A stretch of 58,225 bases of DNA from Gemmatimonadota bacterium (GTDB lineage Bacteria > Desulfobacterota > Deferrimicrobia > Deferrimicrobiales > Deferrimicrobiaceae), in the NCBI GenBank assembly GCA_050257455.1, contig JBLMWX010000164.1, positions 1 to 58,225 of the forward strand, given 5' to 3'. Position numbers and translations under genes: made by a program. Shown piece by piece: positions 44,622 through 53,679 of the stretch (position 1 is its first letter; every line of letters begins with the position of its first letter). The notes under the pieces were generated by a model. The model was given only the letters and a program-made list of their open reading frames with translations, was not told the origin of the DNA and ran no database searches.

Positions 44622-45661
44622 GAGTCGGCATCTTCGGCAAGGCCGGATCCGGCAAGAGCACCCTCTTCCGCTCCCTCGCGGGCGGCGCAGACGCGGTCCC
44701 GGCGGCGGGGAAGGCGGCCGGCATGTGCACGATCAAGGTGCCGGACGACCGCGTGGACCGCCTCGCCGCGCTGTTCCGCCCCAGAAAGACCACCCACATC
44801 GCGATCACCTTCGTCGAGATCGACCCCGGGGGCACGGAGCTCCTGGCGACGGAGACGCTCACGAGCATCAAGTCGGTCGACGTTCTCGGCCTCGTCCTGC
44901 GCGGGTTCTCGGACGACTTCCACCCGGCCCCTCCGGAGGGACTCGACCCGGTGAAGGAGTTCCGGTCCGTCGAGTCGGAGCTCGTCCTGGCCGACTACGT
45001 CGTGGCCCAGAAGCGCATCGAGCGGATGACGAAGGAGGCCCGGCGGGGGCCCGAGTGGACTGCGCTCCACAAGGCGGTCGCGCTCCTGGAAACGGAAGCC
45101 CCCCTCCGGCGGCTTGCGCTCGCCGGGGACGACGCGCGCGCCCTCGCCGGCTTCCGGTTCGTCAGCCAGCTGCCGCTCCTGCTCGTGCTCAACGTGGGTG
45201 AGGGCGACCTGGCGGGAGAGCCGTACCCGGAGCTCACCGGGGTCGCGGCCGACCGCGGCGTCCCCCTCATCCGCCTGTCCGCCCGGATCGAGGAGGAGAT
45301 CGCCCAGCTCTCCCCCGCGGAGCAGGCCGATTTCCTGAAGGCGATGGGGATCGTCGAGGGGGCGAGAGACCGGCTCGTCCGGGGGGCCTTCGACGCGATG
45401 GACTACATCTGTTTCATGACCGTCGGCGAAGACGAGGTCCGCGCGTGGAACGTCCGCCGCGGCACGACCGCGGTGTCGGCCGCCGGCAAGATCCACTCCG
45501 ACCTCGAGAAGGGATTCATCCGCGCCGAGGTGATCGAGTGCGAGGAGCTCCTCAGGTGCGGCTCGCTGGCGAAGGCGAAGGCGGAAGGGACGCTGCGTCT
45601 CGAGGGAAAGGAGTACGTCGTCAGGGACGGGGACATCCTGCACGTCAGATTCAACGTGTAG
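44618..45661 (+). CDS. ychF: YchF-family ATPase/GTPase
   Basis: The GTG overlaps the PIG-L stop (GTGA). P-loop GKAGSGKST, NVGE (NxxE), C-terminal GKIHSDLEKGFIRAEV ... DGDILHVRFNV. Confidence 0.8.
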   Translation: MRVGIFGKAGSGKSTLFRSLAGGADAVPAAGKAAGMCTIKVPDDRVDRLAALFRPRKTTHIAITFVEIDPGGTELLATETLTSIKSVDVLGLVLRGFSDDFHPAPPEGLDPVKEFRSVESELVLADYVVAQKRIERMTKEARRGPEWTALHKAVALLETEAPLRRLALAGDDARALAGFRFVSQLPLLLVLNVGEGDLAGEPYPELTGVAADRGVPLIRLSARIEEEIAQLSPAEQADFLKAMGIVEGARDRLVRGAFDAMDYICFMTVGEDEVRAWNVRRGTTAVSAAGKIHSDLEKGFIRAEVIECEELLRCGSLAKAKAEGTLRLEGKEYVVRDGDILHVRFNV

Positions 45662-45741
45662 CCCCGCGACGGATTACTATCAGGAATCCCTCCCGTTTTA
45701 TTTCCCGTAAACCTTTGCTCGTTTTATCCGATGAGAAGGGA

Positions 45742-46866
45742 ATGGTCTCTCAATATTATTATTTCGGAGCGCCGTTGCCATCCGACACCGGTGCAAACGG
45801 GATCCGCGTCCTCGTGGTGGACGACGAGGCGTCGCTCCGGTCTGTGATAAGACAACGGCTTGAAATGGCTGGTTTTTCAGTAGACGAGGCGTCCGACGGG
45901 ACGTCCGCCCTCGAAAAGATCGGCGAGGGCAGCTACGCGGTCCTGCTGACGGACATCCGGATGCCGGGGATCGACGGCATCACCCTTCTCCGCGAGGCGA
46001 CCCGGAGGTCGCCGGACACCGCCGGCATCGTGATGACGGCGTTCGCCGAGCTCGACACGGCGGTCGCCGCCCTCAAGATCGGCGCCTTCGACTACATCAC
46101 GAAGCCGTTCAACTTCGACGTCCTCTTCGTCACGATCCGGAACGCCATCGGGAAGAAGGCCGTCGAGCGGGAGCTCCAGGACTACCGGGAGAACCTCGAG
46201 AACAAGGTCCGGGAGCAGACGGATCTCATCAACTCCATGTACGTCCGCTCCATCGACGCGCTCGTCAAGGCGCTCGAGGCCAAGGACTTCTACACGCGCG
46301 GTCACTCCCAGCGGGTGACGATGTACTCGGTCGCCATCGGGAAGGCGCTCGGGTTCACGCCGGGCAGGCTGGAGAACCTGCGGCGCGCGGCGGCGCTTCA
46401 CGACCTCGGGAAGATCGGCGTCCGGGAGTCGCTTCTCAACAAGCCCGGGCGGCTGACGGACGAGGAATTCGGGGAGTTCTTCCGGCATCCCGAGGCCGCC
46501 ATCCAGATCCTGGAGCCGATCCCGTTCTTTGCGCCCCTCCTGCCGGCGATCCGCCACCACCACGAGCGGTACGACGGGAAGGGATACCCGCAGGGGCTCT
46601 CGGGCGTGGAGATCCCGCTCGAATCCCGCATCATGGCGATCGCCGACGCGTTCGACGCGATGACCTCCACGCGCGCCTACCGGAAAGCGCTTCCCACCGA
46701 GGCGGCGAACGCCGAGATCGTCCGCTGCTCCGGGTCGCAGTTCGACCCGGATATCGTGACGCTCTTCCTGCGCCTCCAGGGGCAGATCGAGATCCCCGGC
46801 GACACGATCATTCCCGACGGCCTGGACACGCGCATCTTCATGGGGGCCGCGCCCAGGCCTTCCTGA
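45742..46866 (+). CDS. Response regulator with an HD-GYP phosphodiesterase domain (RpfG-like architecture)
   Basis: REC (VLVVDDE, LLTDIRMPG, KPF). HD-GYP (YTRGHSQRV, HDLGK, HHERYDGKGYP). Confidence 0.85.
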   Translation: MVSQYYYFGAPLPSDTGANGIRVLVVDDEASLRSVIRQRLEMAGFSVDEASDGTSALEKIGEGSYAVLLTDIRMPGIDGITLLREATRRSPDTAGIVMTAFAELDTAVAALKIGAFDYITKPFNFDVLFVTIRNAIGKKAVERELQDYRENLENKVREQTDLINSMYVRSIDALVKALEAKDFYTRGHSQRVTMYSVAIGKALGFTPGRLENLRRAAALHDLGKIGVRESLLNKPGRLTDEEFGEFFRHPEAAIQILEPIPFFAPLLPAIRHHHERYDGKGYPQGLSGVEIPLESRIMAIADAFDAMTSTRAYRKALPTEAANAEIVRCSGSQFDPDIVTLFLRLQGQIEIPGDTIIPDGLDTRIFMGAAPRPS

Positions 46867-46914
46867 ACCGTCGGGCGCCGCGTTTCCGCGGTTTCTCCCC
46901 GGCACCGCCGCCTG

Positions 46915-46920
46915 TATAAT
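46915..46920 (+). promoter_or_regulatory. Perfect TATAAT -10 box upstream of the AMMECR1 gene
   Basis: TGTATAAT lies 37 nt before ATG 46957. No clear -35 element. Confidence 0.3.
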
Positions 46921-46956
46921 CGGGACACGCGATTCCTGCGCTTCCGAGGAGATCCG

Positions 46957-47586
46957 ATGAGCCGGAACCTGGCCCCCGCAGAACGTTTCCTGACCGACGC
47001 GGAGCGGGACGAACTGCTCGGGATCGCCCGGCGTGCGGCCACGACCTGGCTGCGCGAGGGGCGGGTCCCGGCGGAGACCCCCGCATCCGACAGGCTCAAG
47101 GCGCCGGGGGCGGCCTTCGTGACGTTGACCGAGGAAGGACGGCTGCGGGGGTGCATCGGGTACACCGAGGCGCGGGCTCCCCTCTACCGCACGGTCCAGG
47201 AGTGCGCGGTGGCGTCGGCGACGGAGGACCCGCGCTTTCTCCCCGTGACGGCCGACGAGATGGAAGCGGTGCGGATCGAGATCTCCGTCCTGACGCCGCT
47301 GCTGCCGATACGCCCCGACGCCGTGACGGTCGGCGTCCACGGGCTGATGGTCGCGCGCGGCGGGCGCCGGGGGCTTCTGCTTCCCCAGGTGCCCGCGGAA
47401 CACGGATGGGACCGCGAGACGTTCCTTTCGCAGGTGTGTCTCAAGGCGGGGCTCCCGGGCAATGCGTGGCGGACGGGCGCGGAGCTCTATTCCTTCACGG
47501 CCGAGGTGTTCGGGGAGGGGGAGGAGCGGAACCGGCGGACGGGATCTCCGGGCGGGCAGGACCCCGCCCCAGGCGGCGCTCCTTGA
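46957..47586 (+). CDS. AMMECR1-domain protein (AmmeMemoRadiSam system protein A-like)
   Basis: GAAFVTL, LRGCIGY, DPRF, GLLLPQV. Confidence 0.8.
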   Translation: MSRNLAPAERFLTDAERDELLGIARRAATTWLREGRVPAETPASDRLKAPGAAFVTLTEEGRLRGCIGYTEARAPLYRTVQECAVASATEDPRFLPVTADEMEAVRIEISVLTPLLPIRPDAVTVGVHGLMVARGGRRGLLLPQVPAEHGWDRETFLSQVCLKAGLPGNAWRTGAELYSFTAEVFGEGEERNRRTGSPGGQDPAPGGAP

Positions 47587-49099
47587 GTTTCGCCTTGAGG
47601 ACCTTGCCCTGGCTGTTCCGGGGCAGGGAGGGAACGATCTCGATCGACCGGGGGACCTTGAAGGGCGCCATGTTTTCCCGGCAGTGGGCGAGAATCGACT
47701 CCGCGTCGGCCTTCCTCCCCGCCTTCAGCACCACGACGGCCGCGGGGATCTCTCCCCACGTGTCGTCGGGCCTCCCGACCACCGCGACGTCCCCGACGGC
47801 CGGGTGCTCCGCGATGACGTTCTCGATCTCCTTCGGGTAAACGGAGATTCCGCCGATCATCAGCGTATCGCGCTTCCTGTCGACGACGAAGACGTACCCT
47901 TCGTCGTCGATGGAGGCCAGGTCGCCCGTGTAGAGCCACCCGTCCCTGAGAACCTCCGCGGTGAACCCGGGATCGCCGAAATATCCCCGGAAGACGTTCG
48001 GCCCCCGCGCGATCACTTCGCCGACCTGGTTGGGACCGATGTCCCGGCCCCTGTCGTCGACGACCCGGACTTCCACGCCGACGGCTTCCCTCCCCACCGA
48101 GGCCAGTCTCCGGATGGACGGGACGCTTCCGTCGAACGCGTGATCCTCCGCGTGCAGGAACGTGAGGATGCCGGACGACTCGATCGGGCCGTACGTTCGG
48201 ACCAGGTCGCACCCGAAGAAGCCGGCAGCGCGCCGGAGCAGGTCGATGTTGACGAAGGCGCCGCGGTAGACGATCTTCCGCAGCGAGGAGAGATCGCGCC
48301 GCGGGGCGTTCGGGAGATCGACGATCTGGGCCATCATGGTCGCCGTGAAGAGGGCGTGCGTGACCCGGTTCCGCTCGATCGCCCGCAGCGCCTCGCCCGG
48401 CGCGAACTCCTTCATGAGGACGATCGTCGCCCCGACGAGGAGAAACCGCAGCAGCCGCCCCGTTCCCAGCAGGACCGGAAGGGGCGAGCAGGACAGGAAG
48501 ATGTCCTCGTGCGACAGCCCGAGCTCGATGGCCGCCGACGCGGCGGCGGCAAAAAGGTTCCTGTGGGAGAGCATCGCGCCCCGCGGCTGCCCCGACGTTC
48601 CGCCCGCGTAGATCTGGAGCGCGATGTCCGTCTCGCACGGGGGCTCCCCGGCAGGCGGCGCGGCGCCCGGCGCCGGGCCGCCTGCCAGGTGCGGGTAGCC
48701 CGGGAGCGGCCGGTCCAGGCAGAGACATCCGGATTCCGGCGCGAGGCTCGGACGGATCGCGTCCGCCGTCGCCGCGAATTCGGCCTCGAACAGGAGGAAC
48801 CGCGCTTCGGCGTCCAGGATGATGGTCCGGAGCTCCCGGGCGATGAGCAGGGGGTTCAGGGGCACGAGGACCCCTCCCTCCCGCGTCACGGCGAAGAGAA
48901 GCTCCACGTAAGCCGGGGTGCTCCGGGTCAGGACCGCGACCCGGTCCCCCTTCCGGATCCCTTGCGCCCGAAGGGCGGCCGCGTACGCGTCCGCGCCGCG
49001 CGCGAGGTCGCGGTAGGTGACAGCGGCCGCGTCCGCGACGAGTGCGGTGCGTCCGGGCCTGATGCGGGCGCCGTGCGCCAGGATGTCGCCGAGCAGCAA
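47495..49099 (-). CDS. AMP-dependent acyl-CoA synthetase/ligase
   Basis: TTG 49099 lies 5 nt after GGAGG and gives MLLGDILAHGA. YAGGTSGQPRGAMLSHRN AMP-binding motif, YTGDLA, PRNSQGKVLK. Confidence 0.8.
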   Translation of the reverse strand: MLLGDILAHGARIRPGRTALVADAAAVTYRDLARGADAYAAALRAQGIRKGDRVAVLTRSTPAYVELLFAVTREGGVLVPLNPLLIARELRTIILDAEARFLLFEAEFAATADAIRPSLAPESGCLCLDRPLPGYPHLAGGPAPGAAPPAGEPPCETDIALQIYAGGTSGQPRGAMLSHRNLFAAAASAAIELGLSHEDIFLSCSPLPVLLGTGRLLRFLLVGATIVLMKEFAPGEALRAIERNRVTHALFTATMMAQIVDLPNAPRRDLSSLRKIVYRGAFVNIDLLRRAAGFFGCDLVRTYGPIESSGILTFLHAEDHAFDGSVPSIRRLASVGREAVGVEVRVVDDRGRDIGPNQVGEVIARGPNVFRGYFGDPGFTAEVLRDGWLYTGDLASIDDEGYVFVVDRKRDTLMIGGISVYPKEIENVIAEHPAVGDVAVVGRPDDTWGEIPAAVVVLKAGRKADAESILAHCRENMAPFKVPRSIEIVPSLPRNSQGKVLKAKLKERRLGRGPARPEIPSAGSAPPPPRTPRP

Positions 49100-49207
49100 T
49101 CGTGCCTCCGCCGTCCCTTCCTCGCCACCGGGGACACACCGTATAATACTATCCGTTGCGCCCGCAAAGCGATAGGGGCGCGAGACGGACTTTCGGGGCG
49201 GCAGGGC

Positions 49208-49462
49208 ATGGATCCGGAGGAGATGGAAGTCTACCCCATCGAGCACCGCGGGAAGGTGTACAACATCATCACGGCCACCGACATGACGTTCCGCGAGGTC
49301 CGCGGGATGCTCGACGTGCTGGACGGCCGCGGCGCCTTCACCCCTGCCCCCGACGACGACTTCATGGGGCCCGGGCGGCTGTTCACGGTCGCGGTCGAGG
49401 GGGTCACGCTCGAGGTGGACGTCCAGGGGTACGAGGTCGTCGTCTACAGGAGGACTCCCTGA
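49208..49462 (+). CDS. Small hypothetical protein (84 aa)
   Basis: GC3-rich codons and a non-repetitive sequence. Its stop is 1 nt before the nth ATG. A TATAAT at 49142-49147 lies upstream. Confidence 0.45.
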   Translation: MDPEEMEVYPIEHRGKVYNIITATDMTFREVRGMLDVLDGRGAFTPAPDDDFMGPGRLFTVAVEGVTLEVDVQGYEVVVYRRTP

Positions 49463-49463
49463 C

Positions 49464-50120
49464 ATGGCGGGGATCAGGCGGCCCGCGCCGGGCCGGAAAC
49501 CCGCGCCGCTGCGCGCCGTTCTCGACTTCCTCGCGCGGGAGTACCCCGATGCCCGGATCCTCCTCGACCACGGAAGTCCCTTCGAGCTTCTCGTCGCCAC
49601 CGTGCTCGCCGCGCAGTGCACCGACGAGCGGGTCAACCGCGTCACCCCCGCGCTGTTCCGTCGTTATCCGGGACCGGAGGCGCTCGCAGCAGCCTCCCGG
49701 GCCGAACTGGAGGAGGCCGTGCGCCCGACCGGCTTCTTCAGGAACAAGGCGAAGGCCCTGCAGGGGCTGGCCGGGGCGCTCGTGGCCAGACACGGGGGAG
49801 CCGTCCCGGCCACGATGGACGGGCTCGTGGCGCTTCCCGGGGTGGGACGGAAGACGGCCTCGATCGTCCTCGGCGCCTGCTTCGGCGAGGACGCTCTTCC
49901 CGTGGACACCCACGTTGCGCGCGTGGCGCACAGGCTCGGGCTGACGGAATCGGGGGACCCCGACCGGATCGAGGCTGACCTGGCCCGCGCCGTTCCGGCG
50001 GGCGCGAGGTGGCGCTTCGCCGCGCGTCTCGGCTGGCACGGGCGGCGGGTCTGCGTCGCGCGGAAACCCCGCTGCTCCGCGTGCGGACTCTCCGCGGTGT
50101 GCCCGAAGGTCGGGGTCTAG
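49464..50120 (+). CDS. nth: Endonuclease III
   Basis: HhH-GPD LPGVGRKTA, VDTHV, C-terminal 4Fe-4S CxxxxxxCxxCxxxxxC. Confidence 0.9.
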   Translation: MAGIRRPAPGRKPAPLRAVLDFLAREYPDARILLDHGSPFELLVATVLAAQCTDERVNRVTPALFRRYPGPEALAAASRAELEEAVRPTGFFRNKAKALQGLAGALVARHGGAVPATMDGLVALPGVGRKTASIVLGACFGEDALPVDTHVARVAHRLGLTESGDPDRIEADLARAVPAGARWRFAARLGWHGRRVCVARKPRCSACGLSAVCPKVGV

Positions 50121-50140
50121 CCCGGCAGGGACTCCGGCCG

Positions 50141-50689
50141 TCAGGCCGCCGAGACGAGGACGACGCGCGCTTCGCCGTCCGAGGCGTTCCTCCAGCGGTA
50201 CGGCGTGTTCTCCCGGAAGTAGAGGCTGTCGCCCTCGCCGAGCCGGATGATGTCCCCGTTCGCCTCGACGTCCAGCATCCCCTGGATCACGAACAGGAAA
50301 TCGTCGCCGGGGCGATTGACGGGGTCGTCACCGCTCGTCGCTCCGGGGGCGATGACCCCGATCCTCGGCAGGAACCGCTGCCCGGGGACGCCCGTCGCCA
50401 GGCTCCGGAGGTCGATTCCCGGGACGGCCGTGGCGACCCGCTCCCGGTCGCCCGCCCGCGTGACGACGTACGCGAGTTCCGACTCGCCGAGAAGGGTCGA
50501 CAGCGACTCGCCGAGCGCCTTGCCGATGCTTGCCAGGGTGTTGACCGTGGGGGACGACACGTTCCGCTCGATGGCGCTGATGGCCGTCGCCGACATGCCG
50601 CTTCTTTCGGACAGGTCCTGAAGGGTCAACCCCTTCCTTTTCCGGATACCCTTGATCCGGGTTCCCACGTCGATCATACGGTTGCTCAC
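50141..50689 (-). CDS. XRE-family HTH regulator with a cupin domain
   Basis: HTH LTLQDLSERSGMSATAISAIERN. C-terminal cupin-like GDSLYF. Confidence 0.8.
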   Translation of the reverse strand: MSNRMIDVGTRIKGIRKRKGLTLQDLSERSGMSATAISAIERNVSSPTVNTLASIGKALGESLSTLLGESELAYVVTRAGDRERVATAVPGIDLRSLATGVPGQRFLPRIGVIAPGATSGDDPVNRPGDDFLFVIQGMLDVEANGDIIRLGEGDSLYFRENTPYRWRNASDGEARVVLVSAA

Positions 50690-50777
50690 CCCCCCCTGCT
50701 TCCCATGATAACGCCCGCCTTCCGGCGCTGTAAATATTTGTCCGGAACTTTGCAGGCCGGCGGGCCGGCAAATTCGC

Positions 50778-50806
50778 TTGAATTGGCCCGTGCCGGCGCT
50801 TAGAAT
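50778..50806 (+). promoter_or_regulatory. Sigma-70 promoter TTGAAT-N17-TAGAAT for the malic enzyme gene
   Basis: Near-consensus hexamers with a 17-nt spacer, about 48 nt upstream of ATG 50854. Confidence 0.5.
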
Positions 50807-50853
50807 CCCGAAAGACGAAATCGGACCGCATCCTGCGCAACCGGGAGGACCCC

Positions 50854-52299
50854 ATGGCCGTGTCGCTGTCGCCCAGCGAAAGCTACAGCATCACCATGCG
50901 CGTCGAGATCCAGAACAAGGTGGGAATGCTCGGGAAGGTGACCACGGCCATCGGCGAAGTCGGGGGCGACATCGGCGCCGTGGACCTGTCGGGGCACGGA
51001 AAGGGGACCGTCACGCGGGACATCACGGTCCGGGCGCGCGGCATCGACCATGCCCAGGAGATCATCAAGGCCGTCCGGGGCGTCCAGGGGATCAAGCTCA
51101 TCAACGTCTCCGACCGGACGTTCCTCAAGCACCTGGGGGGAAAGATCGGGGTCTACAACAAGATCCCGGTCAAGACGCGGAGCGATTTGTCGATGGCGTA
51201 CACGCCGGGCGTGGCGCGGGTGTGCATGGCGATCGCCAAGGACGTGAAGAAGTCGTACACCCTGACGATCCGGCGGAACACGGTGGCGGTGGTCTCGGAC
51301 GGGACGGCGGTGCTGGGGCTGGGGGACATCGGTCCCGAGGCGGCGATGCCGGTGATGGAAGGGAAGGCGATGCTTTTCAGGGAGTTCGCGGACATCGACG
51401 CGTGGCCGGTGTGCCTCGCGACGAAGGACACGGAGGAGATCGTCCGGATCGTGAAGGCGCTTTCGCCGACGTTCGGAGGGATCAACCTGGAGGACATCTC
51501 GGCGCCGCGGTGCTTCGAGATCGAGGAGCGCCTGAAGGCGGAGATGGACATCCCGGTGTTCCACGACGACCAGCACGGGACGGCGGTGGTGGTCCTGGCC
51601 GCGCTGCTCAACGCGCTGAAGATCGTGAGGAAGCGGATCGAGGACATGAAGATCGTGGTGGCGGGGGTGGGGGCCTCGGGGGTCGCGTGCAGCAAGATCA
51701 TCATGAACGCCGGGGCGCGCAACATCATCGGGGTGGACCGGGTGGGGGCGATCTACAACGGCCGCAAGCAGCACATGAACTTCATGAAGGAGTGGTACGC
51801 GACGCACACCAACCCGTTCAACGAGCGGGGGAAGATCTCGGACGTGATCGCGGGGGCGGACATGTTCCTGGGGCTGGCGGGCCCGGGGCTGATCACGGTG
51901 GAGGACCTGAAGAAGATGGCGAAGGACCCGATCGTCTTTGCGATGGCGAACCCGGACCCCGAGATCATGCCGGAGGAGGCGGCCCCGTACGTGCGGATCA
52001 TGGCGACGGGGCGGTCGGATTACCCGAACCAGATCAACAACGTCCTGTGCTTCCCGGGGATCTTCCGGGGGGCGCTCGATTCGCGGGCGGTGACGATCAA
52101 CGAGGAGATGAAGCTCGCGGCGGCGTACGCGATCGCCTCGTGCGTGTCCAAGGAGGAGCTCTCCGAGGACTACATCATCCCGTCGGTCTTCAACCGGAAG
52201 GTGGCGCCGGCCGTGGCCCGGGAGGTGTCGCGTGCCGCCCACCGGACGAAGGTGGCACGCCGCGCTTCGAGGGCGTACGCCGAGATCAACATCGAGTAG
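50854..52299 (+). CDS. NAD(P)-dependent malic enzyme with an N-terminal ACT domain
   Basis: ACT-like first ~75 aa, then SMAYTPGVA, VSDGTAVLGLGDIG, FHDDQHGTA, GAGASG-like VAGVGASG. Confidence 0.85.
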   Translation: MAVSLSPSESYSITMRVEIQNKVGMLGKVTTAIGEVGGDIGAVDLSGHGKGTVTRDITVRARGIDHAQEIIKAVRGVQGIKLINVSDRTFLKHLGGKIGVYNKIPVKTRSDLSMAYTPGVARVCMAIAKDVKKSYTLTIRRNTVAVVSDGTAVLGLGDIGPEAAMPVMEGKAMLFREFADIDAWPVCLATKDTEEIVRIVKALSPTFGGINLEDISAPRCFEIEERLKAEMDIPVFHDDQHGTAVVVLAALLNALKIVRKRIEDMKIVVAGVGASGVACSKIIMNAGARNIIGVDRVGAIYNGRKQHMNFMKEWYATHTNPFNERGKISDVIAGADMFLGLAGPGLITVEDLKKMAKDPIVFAMANPDPEIMPEEAAPYVRIMATGRSDYPNQINNVLCFPGIFRGALDSRAVTINEEMKLAAAYAIASCVSKEELSEDYIIPSVFNRKVAPAVAREVSRAAHRTKVARRASRAYAEINIE

Positions 52300-52307
52300 A
52301 CGGGCCG

Positions 52308-53666
52308 TTGCTCAACCCGCTGATCTTCCGGGAGTACGACATCCGCGGGACGGTCGGGACGGACCTGACTCCCGGCGTCGTCGAGACGATCGGGCGGGGT
52401 TTCGGCACCTACGCCCTGGCCCGGGGCGCCCGGACGGTGGCGCTCGGGCGGGACTGCCGGCTCTCCTCGCCGGCCTTCCGCGACGCGCTGGCCGCGGGGC
52501 TGGCCGCGACCGGCCTGGACGTGCTCGACGTGGGGGTCTGCCCCACGCCGCTCCTCTACTTCTCCATCGCCACGTTCGCCGCCGACGGCGGCGTGATGAT
52601 CACGGGCAGCCACAATCCGCCGGAATTCAACGGTTTCAAGCTGTGCATGGGGCCGTCGACGCTCTACGGTGCGCAGATCCAGGACGTGCGCAGGATCGTG
52701 GAGACCGGTGGATTCGCCTCGGGCCAGGGGACGGTCGCGAGCCGCGAGATCGTGGGACCGTACATGGCGTACGTGCGCTCGAACATCTCCATCCCCCGGA
52801 AGCTCAAGGTCGTCGTGGACGCGGGGAACGGAACGGCGTCGCGCGTCGCCCCCGACCTGTTCCGGTCCCTGGGCATGGAGGTGGTGGAGCTCTTCTGCGA
52901 GATGGATGGCCGCTTCCCCAACCACTTCCCGGACCCGACCGTGCCGGAGAACCTCCGCTTCCTCGTCCGCGCGGTGCGGGAGACCGGGGCGGACCTCGGG
53001 GTCGGGTACGACGGCGACGCGGACAGGATCGGCGCCGTCGACGAGAGCGGGGCCGTCCTCTACGGCGACTACCTCCTGGCGCTGTTCGCGCGCGAGATCC
53101 TCTCCCGCAAGCCGGGAGCGACGATCATCTCCGAGGTCAAGGCGTCCCAGAACCTTTACGACGACATCGCCCGCCGCGGAGGACGGGCGGTGATGTGGAA
53201 GGCCGGGCACTCGCTCATCAAGCAGAAGATGAAGGAGGAGGGGGCCGAGGCGGCCGGGGAGATGAGCGGGCACATCTTCTTCGCCGACCGGTACCTCGGG
53301 TTCGACGACGCGATCTACGCCTCCGCGCGTCTGTTCGAGATCGTCGCGGCGTCCGACCGCCCGCTCTCGGCGATGCTCTCCGACATGCCCCGGCTGGTCG
53401 CGACGCCCGAGATCCGGGTGGACTGCCCGGACGACAGGAAGTTCGCGGTGGCGGACAGGGTTGCAGCCCTCGTAGCCCCGCTGGCCCGCGAGGTGATCGG
53501 CGTGGACGGCGTCCGGGCCCTCTTCGACGGGGGGTGGGGGCTCGTGCGCGCGTCGAACACGCAGCCGGTGCTCGTCCTGCGCTTCGAGGGCCGGGACGAG
53601 GCGACCGTCGCGCGGATCCGGGCCGTGATGGAAGGGGCCGTCCGCAAGGCGCGCGAGGAGACGTGA
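52308..53666 (+). CDS. Phosphomannomutase/phosphoglucomutase
   Basis: TTG start gives MLNPLIFREYDIRG. Active site TGSHNPPEFNG, metal site GYDGDADR, EMSGH. The RBS is weak, so the start is uncertain. Confidence 0.8.
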   Translation: MLNPLIFREYDIRGTVGTDLTPGVVETIGRGFGTYALARGARTVALGRDCRLSSPAFRDALAAGLAATGLDVLDVGVCPTPLLYFSIATFAADGGVMITGSHNPPEFNGFKLCMGPSTLYGAQIQDVRRIVETGGFASGQGTVASREIVGPYMAYVRSNISIPRKLKVVVDAGNGTASRVAPDLFRSLGMEVVELFCEMDGRFPNHFPDPTVPENLRFLVRAVRETGADLGVGYDGDADRIGAVDESGAVLYGDYLLALFAREILSRKPGATIISEVKASQNLYDDIARRGGRAVMWKAGHSLIKQKMKEEGAEAAGEMSGHIFFADRYLGFDDAIYASARLFEIVAASDRPLSAMLSDMPRLVATPEIRVDCPDDRKFAVADRVAALVAPLAREVIGVDGVRALFDGGWGLVRASNTQPVLVLRFEGRDEATVARIRAVMEGAVRKAREET

Positions 53667-53679
53667 CGGAGGCCGCCGC

